Of a stretch of 64,000 bases of DNA, positions 26,442 to 40,266 are shown piece after piece (position 1 is the first letter of the stretch; each line of letters begins with the position of its first letter). The stretch is from Proteromonas lacertae. Taxonomy: Eukaryota. Below the pieces are notes generated by a model, which searched no databases, was not told where the DNA came from, and saw nothing but the letters and a program-made list of their open reading frames with translations. Location of the stretch: contig NGBS01000302.1 in the NCBI GenBank assembly GCA_002245135.1, positions 1-64,000 of the forward strand, read 5' to 3'. The translations under genes and the position numbers were made by a program.

Positions 26442-27417
26442 ATGTCTAACATGTTTAAAGTATTCATATATCCATATATTTTTATTCTTTCAAACTGATT
26501 TCAAACATTTTACTTTTTATAGAACCGATTCTCTGCATTAGATGAAGATCCAGATGAGCAACCACAACGTGGTCAACAAGGTGCAGCAAGTAAAAACCAA
26601 GCTGGTATTTATTGTTATTTAAATTATTAATTGCAATAGGAAAAGCTCAATTAGATAAAAAACCAACACAAACAGAAGTGTATTAATTTATTATAATTAC
26701 TTTTCATTTATTCTGTATAGACAAAGACAATCATCCACAAGAGGACGTGGAGGTAGAGGCGGTAGAGCACACACCGGAGAAAGAGGAGGTAAAAGAAATT
26801 TCTCATCTGAAGGTCGTCCACCAAAGAGAGAATATGACAGAAGAAGTGGAACCGGCAGAGGTCGTGAAGTATCCAAGAATGGAGGAGGCTCTAGAAATTG
26901 GGGAAATCCAAAAGACACAAAAGAATTATTAGATGAAGCTAAAATCCAAAATGGTGAAATCCCAGCAGCACCAGCAGCTGATAATGAAGAAAATGTTCCA
27001 CAAGTCCCAGTAGAAGAAGGACCAAAGAAATTATCATTCGAAGAATACCAAAAATTAGAAGAAGAAAAGAGAAATAATTCTAAGTTATTTGGTGAAGTTG
27101 AAACAAGAAAAGTTACAGTTCCAAAGAACTTAAAACCTTTAGAAAAGAAGGAAGAAGTAATAATCCCACCATATCAAGGCGGAAATAATAATACTAAACA
27201 ATCTTCCAACAAAAAGAATAAACATAATAAAGAAAGCAACAAACAATTATTAGATGCTGAATTATTAAATTTCTCTACAAGAGGTGAAAATGATAGATCT
27301 TACAGTAGAGGTGGAAGAGGTGGAAGAGGTAATTATCATAACAATGGTTCCAGAGGTGGTAAAGGAGGAAGAGTACAAAAAGTCGATACTAATGGAATTG
27401 ATTTCCCAGCTCTTTAA
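26442..27417 (+). CDS. SERBP1/HABP4/Stm1-family RGG RNA/ribosome-binding protein
   Basis: NRFSAL start, RGG boxes, KREYDRRSGTGRG...GGGSRNWG and C-terminal DFPAL*. Confidence 0.88.
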
Positions 27418-27614
27418 AGGGTTATATGTTGGAATCAATTAAACCATTGTTTTATGATTATAAACATTGTTTACGACATACCGTTCTACTAGAAAAATAG
27501 ATATTCTTTTAATTTGTTGGGATTTGTTATTTTCATTCATAAAACAATAGTTTTAAAAAGAAAGAAATTATATAATTTAAATAAATACACAACTACATCA
27601 AAAAAAACATATTG

Positions 27615-30425
27615 CTATTCTTTTGTTTCAGAAAGTGGAGGTAATTTGTATGTTCTTGGCTTAGGTACAACTTCTTCATTATCATTCACAGAATTCGGAT
27701 TATGTGTACTGGTTGTGTTCATTATACTAGACACTTTCTCTTCTTCTTCAGTTGTTGCATCTCTTAATACTTGATTTGATCCTATCCTTGGTCTTTGTCT
27801 TCCACTATTTCCTCTTGATCTTCTGCTATTATTCATGGATGGTGGTGGTTCATGAGGTGGTGGAGATGGCCCTGCTATTGGTGGATTGGCTGATACTATC
27901 TCTGAATTGATTGGTTGTAATTTAGCCATACGATATGGATGTATTTCTGATATTGGAGGTGGTGCTTGTGGTTGTGAATGATGAAGCTGGTGGTTTTTCT
28001 TCACATTTCTGTTCAACAATTGATTGTTGTGGTTGTTCTACACTTGATGTATACATTTGAGCTCTATTTATTCCTGTATAATTATTATTGTTATTATTTG
28101 TTTCAGCAATTGTAGATGAAAGTGGTGGTAATAATGTTGATTCATTAATTGATTGCTTTTCTTTCATTTAAACCAGTTGATAATCTTTTAAACGCTGTTC
28201 CACTGTTTGTCTTCTTCTCTGATTCTCTCTTCATATAATCTTTTAATAGACTTGGAGATGGTGCTCTTATATTGCACTTCAGCATTTGATGAAAGTTTTC
28301 TTCCACTTAATTTAGTGGATGAATGTCCTTGTTTTGGTGTTGTTATTGAATTGGATGGTGGTTGTGGTTGTTGGAGTAATGGAGGTGGTTTATATTGATT
28401 AGCTGGTGTATTATTTAATGATATTGGTCTTGATACACCTGTGGATGCAATTTGAACACCTAATCTTGGGCTTGTCATTATTTTACATTCACTGTAAATT
28501 GATTGGTCTATATCCTTTCGAATTGTATCAATCTTGTAGGCGTTTCTATTTCTTTTACTCTTTTCATATTTGTCTGTATCATCATTTATTGCTTTTAATT
28601 CTTTTATATCATTGTATATTTGATCTTGTTTAAAATCAAACTCTAATTCATCTAATAAAGCCTTCTTTTGATTATTATACTCACTGAATTGAATATTTAA
28701 TCTGTTTTTAATAATTGCATCTTTTATCATTTCATCTATATGATAACTATGTGCTTCAATATCTGTTAATATCTTTTTTATTTGTAATACTTTTTGTGAA
28801 CTGAATTTCACATTGTTTTGAAGTATACATCTATGTTCCATTCTTATCGCATCTTTTTGTAATAAATCTTTGTTTGTATAATAGGGTAATGCTGTAGTAA
28901 AACTATTTTAAAAGAATATAAATGAAATATATAATATACGATAAATTTGGACAAAACAACAAAACTGTTAAGAATTGACATATTAACTCTGTAAATACTA
29001 AAATTGAGTCAATTGCAACTTGACTATTAATATTAATAATAAATATTTTAAAATATACACTTTTAAATTGTAAGATGTTAATGTGAATGTCAACCAAATA
29101 GGCATTGAACAATAAACTATCATAAGTGTTGTATAAAAGTGATAAAACACTGTTCTTCTCTTTTCCATATGTGAATCAACGGTCTTCATTGTAAAATAAT
29201 GGTAAAGTGTATATAATACACATCTATATATAGATAATAAATATATAAAAATATATAAATACTTTGCAGCTAGATTATAATAGGCTGAACCAAATTGATA
29301 AGTAAATGATGGTGCATCTTTTGGTGACAAATATATTCTGTGATAACATCCCATTAGTATTAGAATAAAATAAACAGCTGAAAATCCAGAGACAATAATT
29401 CTAGCATTGGCACTTATCTTTATTTTATATATTCTTACACCTTTAGCTATTAATAGAATATGAATTTCATATAGCATAGCTCCAAATGCATATATAATTG
29501 AAATGACATTCAATAGTTCTTCTATGCTTTTACCATTATTACATTGGGCAATAAATGTGATTAAATACAAAATATGTGTTATACACATTAATAATACACT
29601 TCCACTATTTAAAAATAAATTAAAATCATAATTATACAATAATATATTCATTACACTGAATAGATTGTTTGCAGCTCTTTAAATTCATTCTCATATAAAT
29701 ACAGTAGAATGTTAATAAGATATAGCAAATTGTAACAATTAAATCTATTTATAATTAGATATAAAATAAAGAATAAAATATACAAACTGAAAATAGTTCT
29801 TGTTGTTCATAAGATTTCTTTCTACAAAAGCCTGAATCAACATTTACACTGATATCATAATCCTCTATACTAATAAATCCACTGTTTAGTTCTTTCGTAA
29901 CGAATTGATCATATGTTGGACAGTTGCATAATGTCAAATAATAAAATCTAAACTCTTTTAATGCTTTTAGTTTGAAATGAATGTTTATTGTCTGTCTTTC
30001 ACTGTTTTTATCTTCTACAAAATCATTAAATCGAATCGAATTTGGAAAATCCATCATTACTTCAGATGTATTCTTTGCGTGAGTGTAAGGCATCTTTTCA
30101 GAACAATGTACGCTATATTGATCAAATAATAATAGATGCATACAATTTAAATAAACCTCCATTACCTTCATATATTACAAGTGTCAAATACTTTTGATTT
30201 GTTGTGAATGTAGCAGTTACACTGTTTGATATATAAAAATGTTATAATACCTGATTTCATTCAATGAATCTGGCTTTAAAAGCATATTTGCCTAACACCA
30301 CCCAGCTGTTTGCTGATGTAAACTTCTAATTTGAGTAAAATACACATATATACCTTCCCACTAAATTTATAAGATAGCACAGATGATAAAAAGCATGACA
30401 AGAAAAATATAACAGTTAAATTCAT
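27615..30425 (-). CDS. GPR180/TMEM145-like seven-TM protein with long cytoplasmic tail
   Basis: Signal peptide, WVVLGKYAF, FYYLTLCNC and multiple TM helices. An intron at ~28903-28939 joins the TM part to the MEHRCIL ORF; several indels in the tail. Confidence 0.65.
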
Positions 30426-30571
30426 GATAAGAATTTAAAAAACTGAACTGACAAACTGTTTCAAGTTTAAATTTAGGTACTTCAATATTATCCAAAAAAA
30501 AACAGTTATAACAAAAATCAAACGTAAAGTTATAACATATACGACTTAAATTAATTAAAATAACTATTAGT

Positions 30572-31153
30572 CTACTTTGAATATAATTCTACAGAACTAA
30601 AAAAACTATCAGAATCTTCTTCTAGCCATTTGTCAACAGCTATAGTTTGAGGGGGGAGTTCAAAACCTTTTTTATTAATTGAGTTTGTAATAGCTCTAAA
30701 AGTTAAATTCTTTGAATCCCTAATATTTGAGTTGCTAAATGAATCGTTTCTACTTAGTTTATTTACAAATGCTAAATTTTCAGATTGCTCTTCCGTTAAT
30801 TGAGGCATCTGATGAAGCGGAGTTTTGTGTAGCGGATTATTAGGATTTAAGGGTGAATTATAAATATTTGCAGTTTGTATTTTGTTCTTTGACATCATAT
30901 AGGTATTTGTATATGATCCAGATTTTAAACGACAAGAAGGGACTGAAGCTATTGTAGATATTGGTTCATGTATAATTTTCGTGTTATTCGTTGTTTTACT
31001 ATGAATTATATAAAAATACTATACAGTTTAACTTCATCTTTTTTCTCATCCCTTGCTTCTGTCTTAACAATCTCTGGAACAACAGCCACTTGTCTTTCTA
31101 TTTTTTCATTTAAATAATATAAAAATACTGTTTCCTATACAATGCCTAAACAT
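30572..31153 (-). CDS. Hypothetical low-complexity protein, spliced
   Basis: ORF 30572-30898 extends upstream through tiny GT-AG introns; start uncertain. Confidence 0.5.
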
Positions 31154-31287
31154 ATTATTAAGCTAACATAAAATAAAAATTAAAAAAAAAGAATTTTTGT
31201 TTAATTAAAAAATCTATCCGTTTTTGATGGTTGATCAAAACACAATTAAATCAAACGCTTATTCAAATATTATATATGTTAAATTTA

Positions 31288-32008
31288 TTATAGAGGATCA
31301 TGGAATGCTTTGTATATACGATTCGCTTTCTTTTCTCCTAATCCTATTTATAATCAAGTATTAAATTATTTAAATACCAGGACATGATAATAAATCACTT
31401 ACACTAGCATTCATAATATTTTTCATTGTTCCAAATGTCAGTAATAAGTTTTTTACATCAGTTTTATTAACAGAACGAATAGTACATAAAATTGTTGTAC
31501 ATTGGGATAGAAAGTCATCACCAACTGATTCTTTTATAGAGTCAGTTGACATGGTATTTAAATTCTAAACATATATTTCATATTTAAATATTACATATAC
31601 CTTACAATTCATAATATAATTAGCACATTCAGAATTTGATTGACATAAAATGAGTACTAATCCACTTAATACACAATATACATTCAAATCAGTTAAATAT
31701 AATTCAGAATCATCTATGTCATTGATGACTAGTATAAATTTGTGTAAATATTTAAACAAACAAGAACTTCGATTTTTTATATATTGAGGATGTAAACGAT
31801 GGTATTTTAGACTTAGATACAAAATTCCTATATCAGAACAAGGTTCAAAGTCACATTTTATTCCAGAATCAAAATTGCATGGAACTGTAATATATTTTAG
31901 CAATGGATTGGATTTTTGATTTGGATTTATTAATAATTGCCTCTCTGAAGAGATTATTCTTGGTTTTTTGGAATTATCCTCTTCTGAAGTTAACTCTTTT
32001 CTTTTCAT
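31288..32008 (-). CDS. ERCC1: DNA excision repair protein ERCC1/Rad10
   Basis: QKSNPLLKYI, LYLSLKYHRLHPQYI, HhH tail IRSVNKTDV...CPG/LGEKKANRIYKAFHDPL. Confidence 0.93.
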
Positions 32009-32183
32009 GATGTTATCTAAAATAATAATGATAGTAAATGTTATATGTAATACTATGGAATGAGAAAAATGAGAATAAAAATGTATTAAGTTTGATTATG
32101 GTTTGTATATTTAAAATGATAATATTAGAAAATAAAGCTAATTTAATAAGTTATAAGTTTTAATTATGATGTAAAGTAGTTGA

Positions 32184-33257
32184 TCATAAAGTTATCTGAC
32201 AATTAGGGTATTTATCTTTCACTTCTTGTTGTAATTCTTCTTTACCTTCTGTAATATTACCAGTGAAAACTATTTCTTTTAAATTTGTCAAACTACTCAT
32301 AGAATCTAAGAGTATTTGAAGATGTGAATTGTTGAAATCCATATTATTCATCTTCAATTTAGTCAAATTCACTAACGATGGAATAGCATTACATATTTCT
32401 TTACCATTCTCCTCATCTAAACGATTTAAAGATATATCAAGCTCAGTAAGATTTGTTATTGTTTTAAAACTAGCAGATAATTCTTTCACTCCTTTATCTT
32501 TCATATTAACACAAATCATTTTTAGATTTGTTAAGTCAGTGAGATAGGTCAAATTATTACCAAATTCTTGTATATCAACGAAGGAGTTGTATGATATATT
32601 TAAAGATTTTAACTTTGAAATAGATGATAGATTCTTGAAAAATGGAGTAAAACCTTCTTCTTCATTATAAAAATTGTTACAACTCAAATCCAATACTTCT
32701 AACTGTGGCAAATTAACTAAGTTTGTGCTGAAATCAATTAAATTAGTTATTTTATTTCCAGATAAATCGAGTGATACTAATTTGGATAAATATTTCTTGT
32801 TTATATTGGCATTTAAATCATCTAAATTGATAAATAAATTTTCTGAAATATCAAGGTTTTCTAAATCAGGAATTGATGATAAGCACTTCATGAAAGTAGA
32901 AAAGCCGTCTAAATCTCTAAAATAAGGTGAAAATTTAATAACTTTGATATTTGATGGAAATTTCACTTCTTTTTCAAGATTATCTATTTATTATATTTTT
33001 ACTAAACATGTAATACGATAGAATATAATTGAATTAATTGTAGGAACTTCTGATACTTTACTCAAAAAGTAATCAATACTATTGTAACAATATTCAACAG
33101 TCGCTATTTTATCTTCTTTTAAATATTCTATTCTTGTATCAATAGTTTTTTGTTCTTTTTCTAAATCAATTGGATCTGCTTGTTTAGGAGCTGGAGTTAC
33201 TTTATTTTCTTCTACTGGAACAATTTTAACACTAGCAGTTGATGATCCACAACCCAT
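32184..33257 (-). CDS. N-acylated LRR protein (RI-type LRR, no kinase domain)
   Basis: MGCGSS start; LRRs closely resemble those at 10435-12829; one phase-1 intron. Confidence 0.85.
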
Positions 33258-33379
33258 TCAATGATATATTCTATTTTAAAGAAATAAAACGACTAAAGGT
33301 TTGATATCTTATTTGTTATTTTATTTTGAAAATTTGACTGTTTAGAAATTATGAATGATGATTATAACATATTGAAAGA

Positions 33380-34177
33380 ATGGGGGATTATAAAATCTGA
33401 ACCAGCAGATACATCAGTATATTTTACATGTTTTTTATGAATAGAGTGCTGTTAGTACACCAAAATCAACTTCCTCTTCGAAACTGTCGTCTTTACAATC
33501 TCAATGTAAAGTTTTAAAATATCAACTTACACCTGAACAATGTAAATCAACACCAAAATGCCGTTCTCAATCATCAACTCCAAAATCAAACAAATCTTTT
33601 AATAAATCACAACAAAATACTCCAAATAAAGTATTACATTATCAATTGACTGTACAACAACTCAAAGAATTAAATGAAAAGAGTGAAGTTTCAACTCCAT
33701 CAAAATCTTCAATAAAATCAAATGAAACATTAAATTCAAATAGTAATAATAGTGATAATAATAATAATAAATCTATGCAGAATAATAAAATAAGTTCCAA
33801 TTGTTCTCAGAGAAGATATGAATATTCTTATCCTTATTTGCCAGAATATCAACCAATTAATAAAAATGATATAAAAATAGCTAGATGTGTAAGTGGAACA
33901 AAAGATGGTATAAAACTCTATATAATATATAATAATAAATAGCATTACTATTAGCAGATTATCTAAGATTAATATCTCCTAGAAAGAAAACTGTTTATGA
34001 TTATTCAATCAAACCATGTGATAATAACAAGCCAATTCCAAAATATACAGGGAATGTTAAAGTTATATCTCCAACCAAAAGTAGAGAGGTGAAAACTGTA
34101 TATTTATTACACAATTAATTTATATATTTTTGTTATAGTTTTATCGAACTACAAACCAGAATTATGGAGATGTATAA
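33380..34177 (+). CDS. Hypothetical Ser/Thr/Pro-rich protein, spliced
   Basis: ATG 33380, several tiny GT-AG introns, repeated STPK motifs. Confidence 0.55.
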
Positions 34178-34353
34178 ATACTTTTTTTTTTTCAAATATT
34201 TTATTTATTTAATCTTTTCATTTTTAAATTATTTTCTTCAAACACACACGCAATTAAATCATAATATAATTAGATTAATACACATAACAAATTAAAAATC
34301 AATCTCAATCTTCTTAAATTAACAAGAAATGATGAGATTCAACATCTAATACA

Positions 34354-35619
34354 TCAAATATCATCATCTGTAGCTGGAGAAACAATAGATAAAAAATCAG
34401 TATTATTTATTGTATTCTTATCCATAGTAGTTGATTCATCATTAATATTAACTTCAATAGATGATTTTTGTGATAGAAAAGGATGTAATAAAGCATCAGA
34501 AGCAGACATCCTTTTCTTTGGATCATTAATTAATAAATGACGAATAAAATCTTTAGCATTTTCAGATATATCCTTCCAAATACTATTCGGAAATTTATAT
34601 ACATTTTCTATTATCCTTCTTGCTTTTCGATCATTGGACTCGTCATCAAAGGGAAGTAATCCACTTAATAAAACATAACAAATCACACCCAAACTCCACA
34701 TATCCACTTTATTGGTATAATTCTGTTTGGGATCTAGTAGTTCTGGTGATGTATAATCTATTGTTGCTCTAACTGGAGTAGATGGGTTCTATAAACATAT
34801 GAAAATAAAAACAAAACATATATATATATACATCACCGATATCAAAAATGGCAGTTCCAAAATCTATTAATTTCACTCTATAATAGGATGTTCCACCACC
34901 CTGAGAATATTTTGTTATTTTCTACACAGTCTATATCATCATCTTCTTCATCATTGTCATCTTCTTCATCACCTTCATATCTTGACTGTTTTTCTGTTAA
35001 TAACAAGATATTATCCAATTTTAAATCTCTATGAATTATACTATTCTTGTGTAAATATTGTAAGGCTGAAGTAATCTGACGAATTATGATTTTTGTGTCA
35101 TTTTCAGGTAAAAACTATTACATATATATGATATATGATATACTGCTCTATCAGTTAATTCTTTAAATAGTTCAATTCCTTTAATATACTCTTCTACAAT
35201 TACATAACAATTCTTGTTCTCATAGAAGTCTTTGAAGTGAACTATATTTTTATGATGTATCTATAAAATAAAATTCAATGTAATACCTTCTTGATGATCT
35301 TAACCTCTAAACTAATATCTTCGACATTTAACACTGAATTCTTCTCGATAACTTTCATTGCCACCATTTCTCCTTCACCTGAACTTCCTATATATACGGT
35401 TGAATATCCTCCACTTGCCAATTTAGCAATTATATGGTATTTACAGTTGGAGAGAGTATTAAAAATATCCCTATTCGCATTATCATAAAATACTATACTC
35501 TTTAGAATAAACGTCCTTCTTGCAGTTATCAATTTCATCTAACATGATTAAAACAAAGGAGAAATAATACCATTTTCAGGCTCTGAGTCAGACAGCTCTT
35601 TAGTACACGTGCTGCCCAT
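34354..35619 (-). CDS. CAMK-group Ser/Thr kinase with N-terminal acylation motif
   Basis: MGSTC start, [18 protein letters not shown], acidic insert, [16 protein letters not shown]. Confidence 0.9.
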
Positions 35620-35955
35620 TACTTAGGCAATAAAAGTAATGAAATAAGGAATGGGATGATAAAATAACAATTGAATGTATTTTTGAATTTTAACGATTCA
35701 ATGTTTATTAAATTATGAGTTAATGACGATAGTCCACATAGAGATTCTGTGATATATATGAAGTAAAATGTGATATAATTATGTGTGTGAATTATTTTTG
35801 AAGAAATCAACACGGAGATAAGTGAAAAATGTAATTGAAAATAGAGTTTGGAATATTGGTAAATGACATTCGTCATTTTGTATAATGTGTAATTATGACA
35901 TTTTTACTTTACACAGAAAAAATGTATAATCAAAAGAGTAATAAAATCAAATCAG

Positions 35956-38107
35956 TTAATTACTTGGTTGAGTGTCATACATATTATCGATTTCTTTAGC
36001 AAAAGCAGCATAGATTGCCTTTCTTTTCAATTTCATTGTTGGTGTAACTTCACCAGTATTCATACCAAAATCTCTATCAAGAATTACATATTTACGAATA
36101 CTATTAAAATATAATAATTATTACAAATACTTTTGAGCTTGTGAGATTGAAAAATCGTGATTATACTTGTCAATACCTCTTGTAATATATTCAGCGAATT
36201 TTGGGCATTTTATTGCTTCATTGATTGAAGTAGCTGTACTACCTATTTGTTTAGCTACTTGAAGACATTCTTTTGATAATCGATCTGTTCCTTCACCTTC
36301 AGCATCAGGCACAGATTTGAGAGTGAATAAAACAGATAAAAACTTCTTTTGATCACCAATAACAACACAATTTGAGATAATTGGCATAATATCTTTCAAT
36401 TTATCTTCAATATACACTGGTGCAACATTTTCACCACCCTATATCAGTATATTATATATTATATATACAGCTGTAATGATAATATCCTTTAATCTACCAG
36501 TAACTTCAAGAAATCCATCTTCATCAACTGTTCCAATATCACCAGTATGGACATAGCCTTCACTATCAATAGTCTCTTTAGTAGCAGCTTCATCATCTTT
36601 ATAACCCATACAAACATTTCTTCCAGTAAAAACAATTTCACCTGTTGATTCTACTATTTTTAGATGAATACCAGCCATTGCATATCCACATTTACCTATT
36701 CTCCACTTCTCAATGAAATTAATAGTAATTGGACCTGTTCCTTCACTTTGACCTAACAATTCACACACTGGAATACCAAAATCAGCAAAGAATTGAACAA
36801 CTTCTTTAGCTAAAGGAGCACCAGATGAAACACCTTGTCGTAACTTATCTAAACCTAATTTCTTATGCATTTTATCTAATACTAAAGCTTTGGCTAATGA
36901 ATAACAGCAGTTTGATTTGATTGTGTTTTTATATTGCATATTATGCGATTCTATATGTCCTTTTGACCTTGCCCATTCTGTTAATCTTTTGGTTATAAAG
37001 TTCATTTCACTTATGTTCTTGGAGATTGCATCTTTCATCTTTTCCCATACTCGTGGAACACCTAATTGAACGAAAGGTCTTGCTTTTTGAATTGTTTGCA
37101 ACAATGTTCCTTTTAAAGCATCTGGTCTGGCAAAGTATAATGTAATATTTATTCTATATTCAAATAATAATAATAATAATTATATATATACTGTAACATC
37201 AAATGTAAATCCACTAATTGTGCAGCAATATGACTTAATGGTAAATAACTTACAAAGTGAATAGATGGATAAAATTTCTTTCTAAAATATTCAAACTGAT
37301 CTTCATGAGTCATTCCTAGTAATGTATAAATAGCACTTCTTGCTGTAAATGTCAAATTATCGTGTGATATTAATACAGCTTTTGGATTACCAGTTGTACC
37401 ACTGGTAAAGATAATTGAACAACATTGGTTTGGCTTGATTGTTTCCATAACTTTATCCAAATCAGCACTTGGTTCATCTCTTCCAATTTTCATAAATTCT
37501 TCGAAATAATATACTGGATAACCTAAGTCTGGTTTAGCTACACCTTCATGATTATATATTATTAAACCTTTACATTTAAATTCACCTTTTAAGGCAATAT
37601 ATTTTTTTAACTGCTTTTCACCATCTACTAAGACAAATGAACAATCTGAGAGTTTTGCACAATATAGACAGGATTGTGGTGAATTGGTTGAATATATTCC
37701 ACAACCTACACCTCCAGCAAATATAGCACCCATATATCCAAATGCCCATTCTGGAGAGTTAAAACCAATTATATCTAATGACTCATATCTTTGGAATCCA
37801 CATTTAATCAAGGCTCTAGCAAAACTATTTGAGAAATAGAATTAAAAATAGGAGATATACCAACAGCATTCGTCGTAATATTGTTTGTATGTCCAGGTTT
37901 CATCTTTGCAACTTACTAATGCTACAGTATCACCATCAGTCTCTATCATCTTTCTTAAACTCTATAGAATTGTAAAGAGAAACAGATACTTCCATTACTG
38001 TTCTCGGTAGTTGAGCACCAAATCCTGATTGCATCAATTCGCAGTCTAGTTTGGCCATTAATGGTTGTAGTAGTGTATGGCAAATCTGGAGTATTGTAGT
38101 ATGACAT
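35956..38107 (-). CDS. ACSBG: Long-chain fatty acid-CoA ligase, bubblegum (ACSBG) type
   Basis: IIGFNSPEW, FTSGTTGNPKAVLISHDN, YLPLSHIAAQ, GVPRVWEK, GYVHTGDIG, TGRLKDIIITA/GGENVAP. Confidence 0.92.
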
Positions 38108-38203
38108 ATTTTTTTATAAATTAGGTAATTGGCTTGATTTTGTCAAACTATATTCAAAAGTTGACACTGACATAGGTAATAAAAATGTCAAATCTAAATT
38201 AAA

Positions 38204-40122
38204 ATGAATGAAACTGTATAGAATATATTTTTATTTGATAATAGGATAAAATAGACAAGACATTACAACTTAATAGTTATCTGTATTTGTATACAGAAGC
38301 TAATAAGCAGATCAACAACTTAAAAGAAGAAATACAATTAAAAGATAAAACTCTATTGAATACTCAGAAAAAAATAGAAGATCTTCAAAAATGTAGTGAT
38401 ATTCACAATAACAAAGATGATTTCTGTTATTCACAAAATGAAGGTATAGATTTGGTTTATACAAGTTCTAACAAATTAAAAGATCATATTTTATATGATA
38501 ATTTAGTTGCATACTCTTGCAAAACATCCAATTATTACATCTCACTAAACTGACCTGAATAAAATTAAATCATCATTATTGAATAGGATCAGTGAACTAG
38601 AAAAAGATAAGATATCTACAGGAAACAGAGTTATCTATTTTAAAATCACAAAATGAAAAGATTCAATCACAAAAACTAGCATCTACATCATTATGTAAGA
38701 CATTAGATGATGATTATCATCAATTAAAGTCAAATTTTGAGAAATACAAATTAGATATGACAGAATCAATAGAACAAACACTGAAACAATCCACAACAAC
38801 AATACAAAAGTTAAAACAAGAAAATGAAAAATTGAAAGATCAAAATCTCAATTTAAAAACAAAATATGAGATATTAGAAAAAGAGCAAATAGAAAAGAAT
38901 CAGCAAATCGAAGAAATCAAAACATTAAAACAAAAATATGAAAATCATACTAAAATCAACAAAAGAATAATAGAAAAAATAATAACAGAATTAAATACTA
39001 AATTAACTAAATTAGTAGAAGAAAATGAAGAGTTAAAGAAGAAGAATGAAGATTTAGAGGTTGAAGTGACAAGTTATTCCAATTTAATACATGTAGATGA
39101 AGAAAGTGGAAGGCTTGAAATATCTCAAACTCCAATGTCAGATAAATCATTTTCATTTAATAATTATTCAGCTTCACCATCTCCATCTCATAATAGAGTT
39201 ATTCCTACAGTTATTAATACAGATTAATAATAATAATAATGATGTAATAATTAGCAATAATTCCTTCAATGATTTATTTCAAATTATTTCTCCAATAAGA
39301 AATCGTGATAGTAATGATAATTATATAATGATAAATTATAATGGTATTAGTTCAATAGTAAAAGATGATATAATAGATGGTTATGAACAAAAAATTACAG
39401 AATTAGAGAATAAGATAAAAGAAATTGAAGATAAACATGAGAAAATCAATTTAGAATTTGAGAAAGTGGAAAGAATATTTTCTGACTCTACAATGTCTAG
39501 AGATTCAATTTCACGTGATTCATTCAGTGTGGATGGTATAGAAAGATCATTCTCATTTTCATCACCAAAGCCAATTAAACATTTAACGATCTATGAAGGA
39601 AATATAGTTAATTGTATATCAGAATATTATCCAAATAACAATAATGAAGAAGAGAATAGAAAATTGAATGAAATAAAGAAACTATATGAAGGACTACTAC
39701 TTTCTACTAATAACAGTTCAAATACTTCATTTAATTCATCAATCAATACAACAACAATATTAAAAGATGAAGAATTGGATTTTGACAAACCTGTATTTGG
39801 TGTAAAAGTATTTGATGTTATTACATTGAAAGATAATCATACTCGTAGTAGTCCATTGAAGAATAGAAGAGTAGATGTTAGTCAATTGTTGAAAAGACAA
39901 GCAATTAATCAATTGAAAAAGAATGAGGAGAAAAATAAAGATGAAGAGGTTGATCCTACTCTTTGTCCATTGTGTAAAAAGAAAATAGCAAAGAAGATGA
40001 TTTGTCATCTTTGTAAGAAGAATTATTGTTATGATTGTTGTAAGAATCATGTAGTTATTCCTGGAAAGAATTATAAAAGATTTGTTTGTAACACGTGTAA
40101 TAGTAATATAACCCAAAACTAA
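38204..40122 (+). CDS. Coiled-coil protein with C-terminal FYVE-like zinc finger
   Basis: Long heptad region then CPLC-CHLC-CYDC-CNTC; lacks the basic RHHCR patch; several indels. Confidence 0.7.
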
Positions 40123-40266
40123 TTTAAAAGTGTTGTCTTTTGTTGGTATTGTACAAATTTTAATTGAAAATATACCCGTTTCAAATTTCGTTTTGTTTTT
40201 TAATAACTGTAATATAATCACTTATAACATCTATTTATTGAAATTAGTATATTGATTCAATAAAAA

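Noticed and set aside
37962..37989. GT-AG U12 intron in ACSBG (GTATCTG donor)
   Set aside because: The donor departs from RTATCCT/RTATCTT and the 28-nt length is typical of the major class here.
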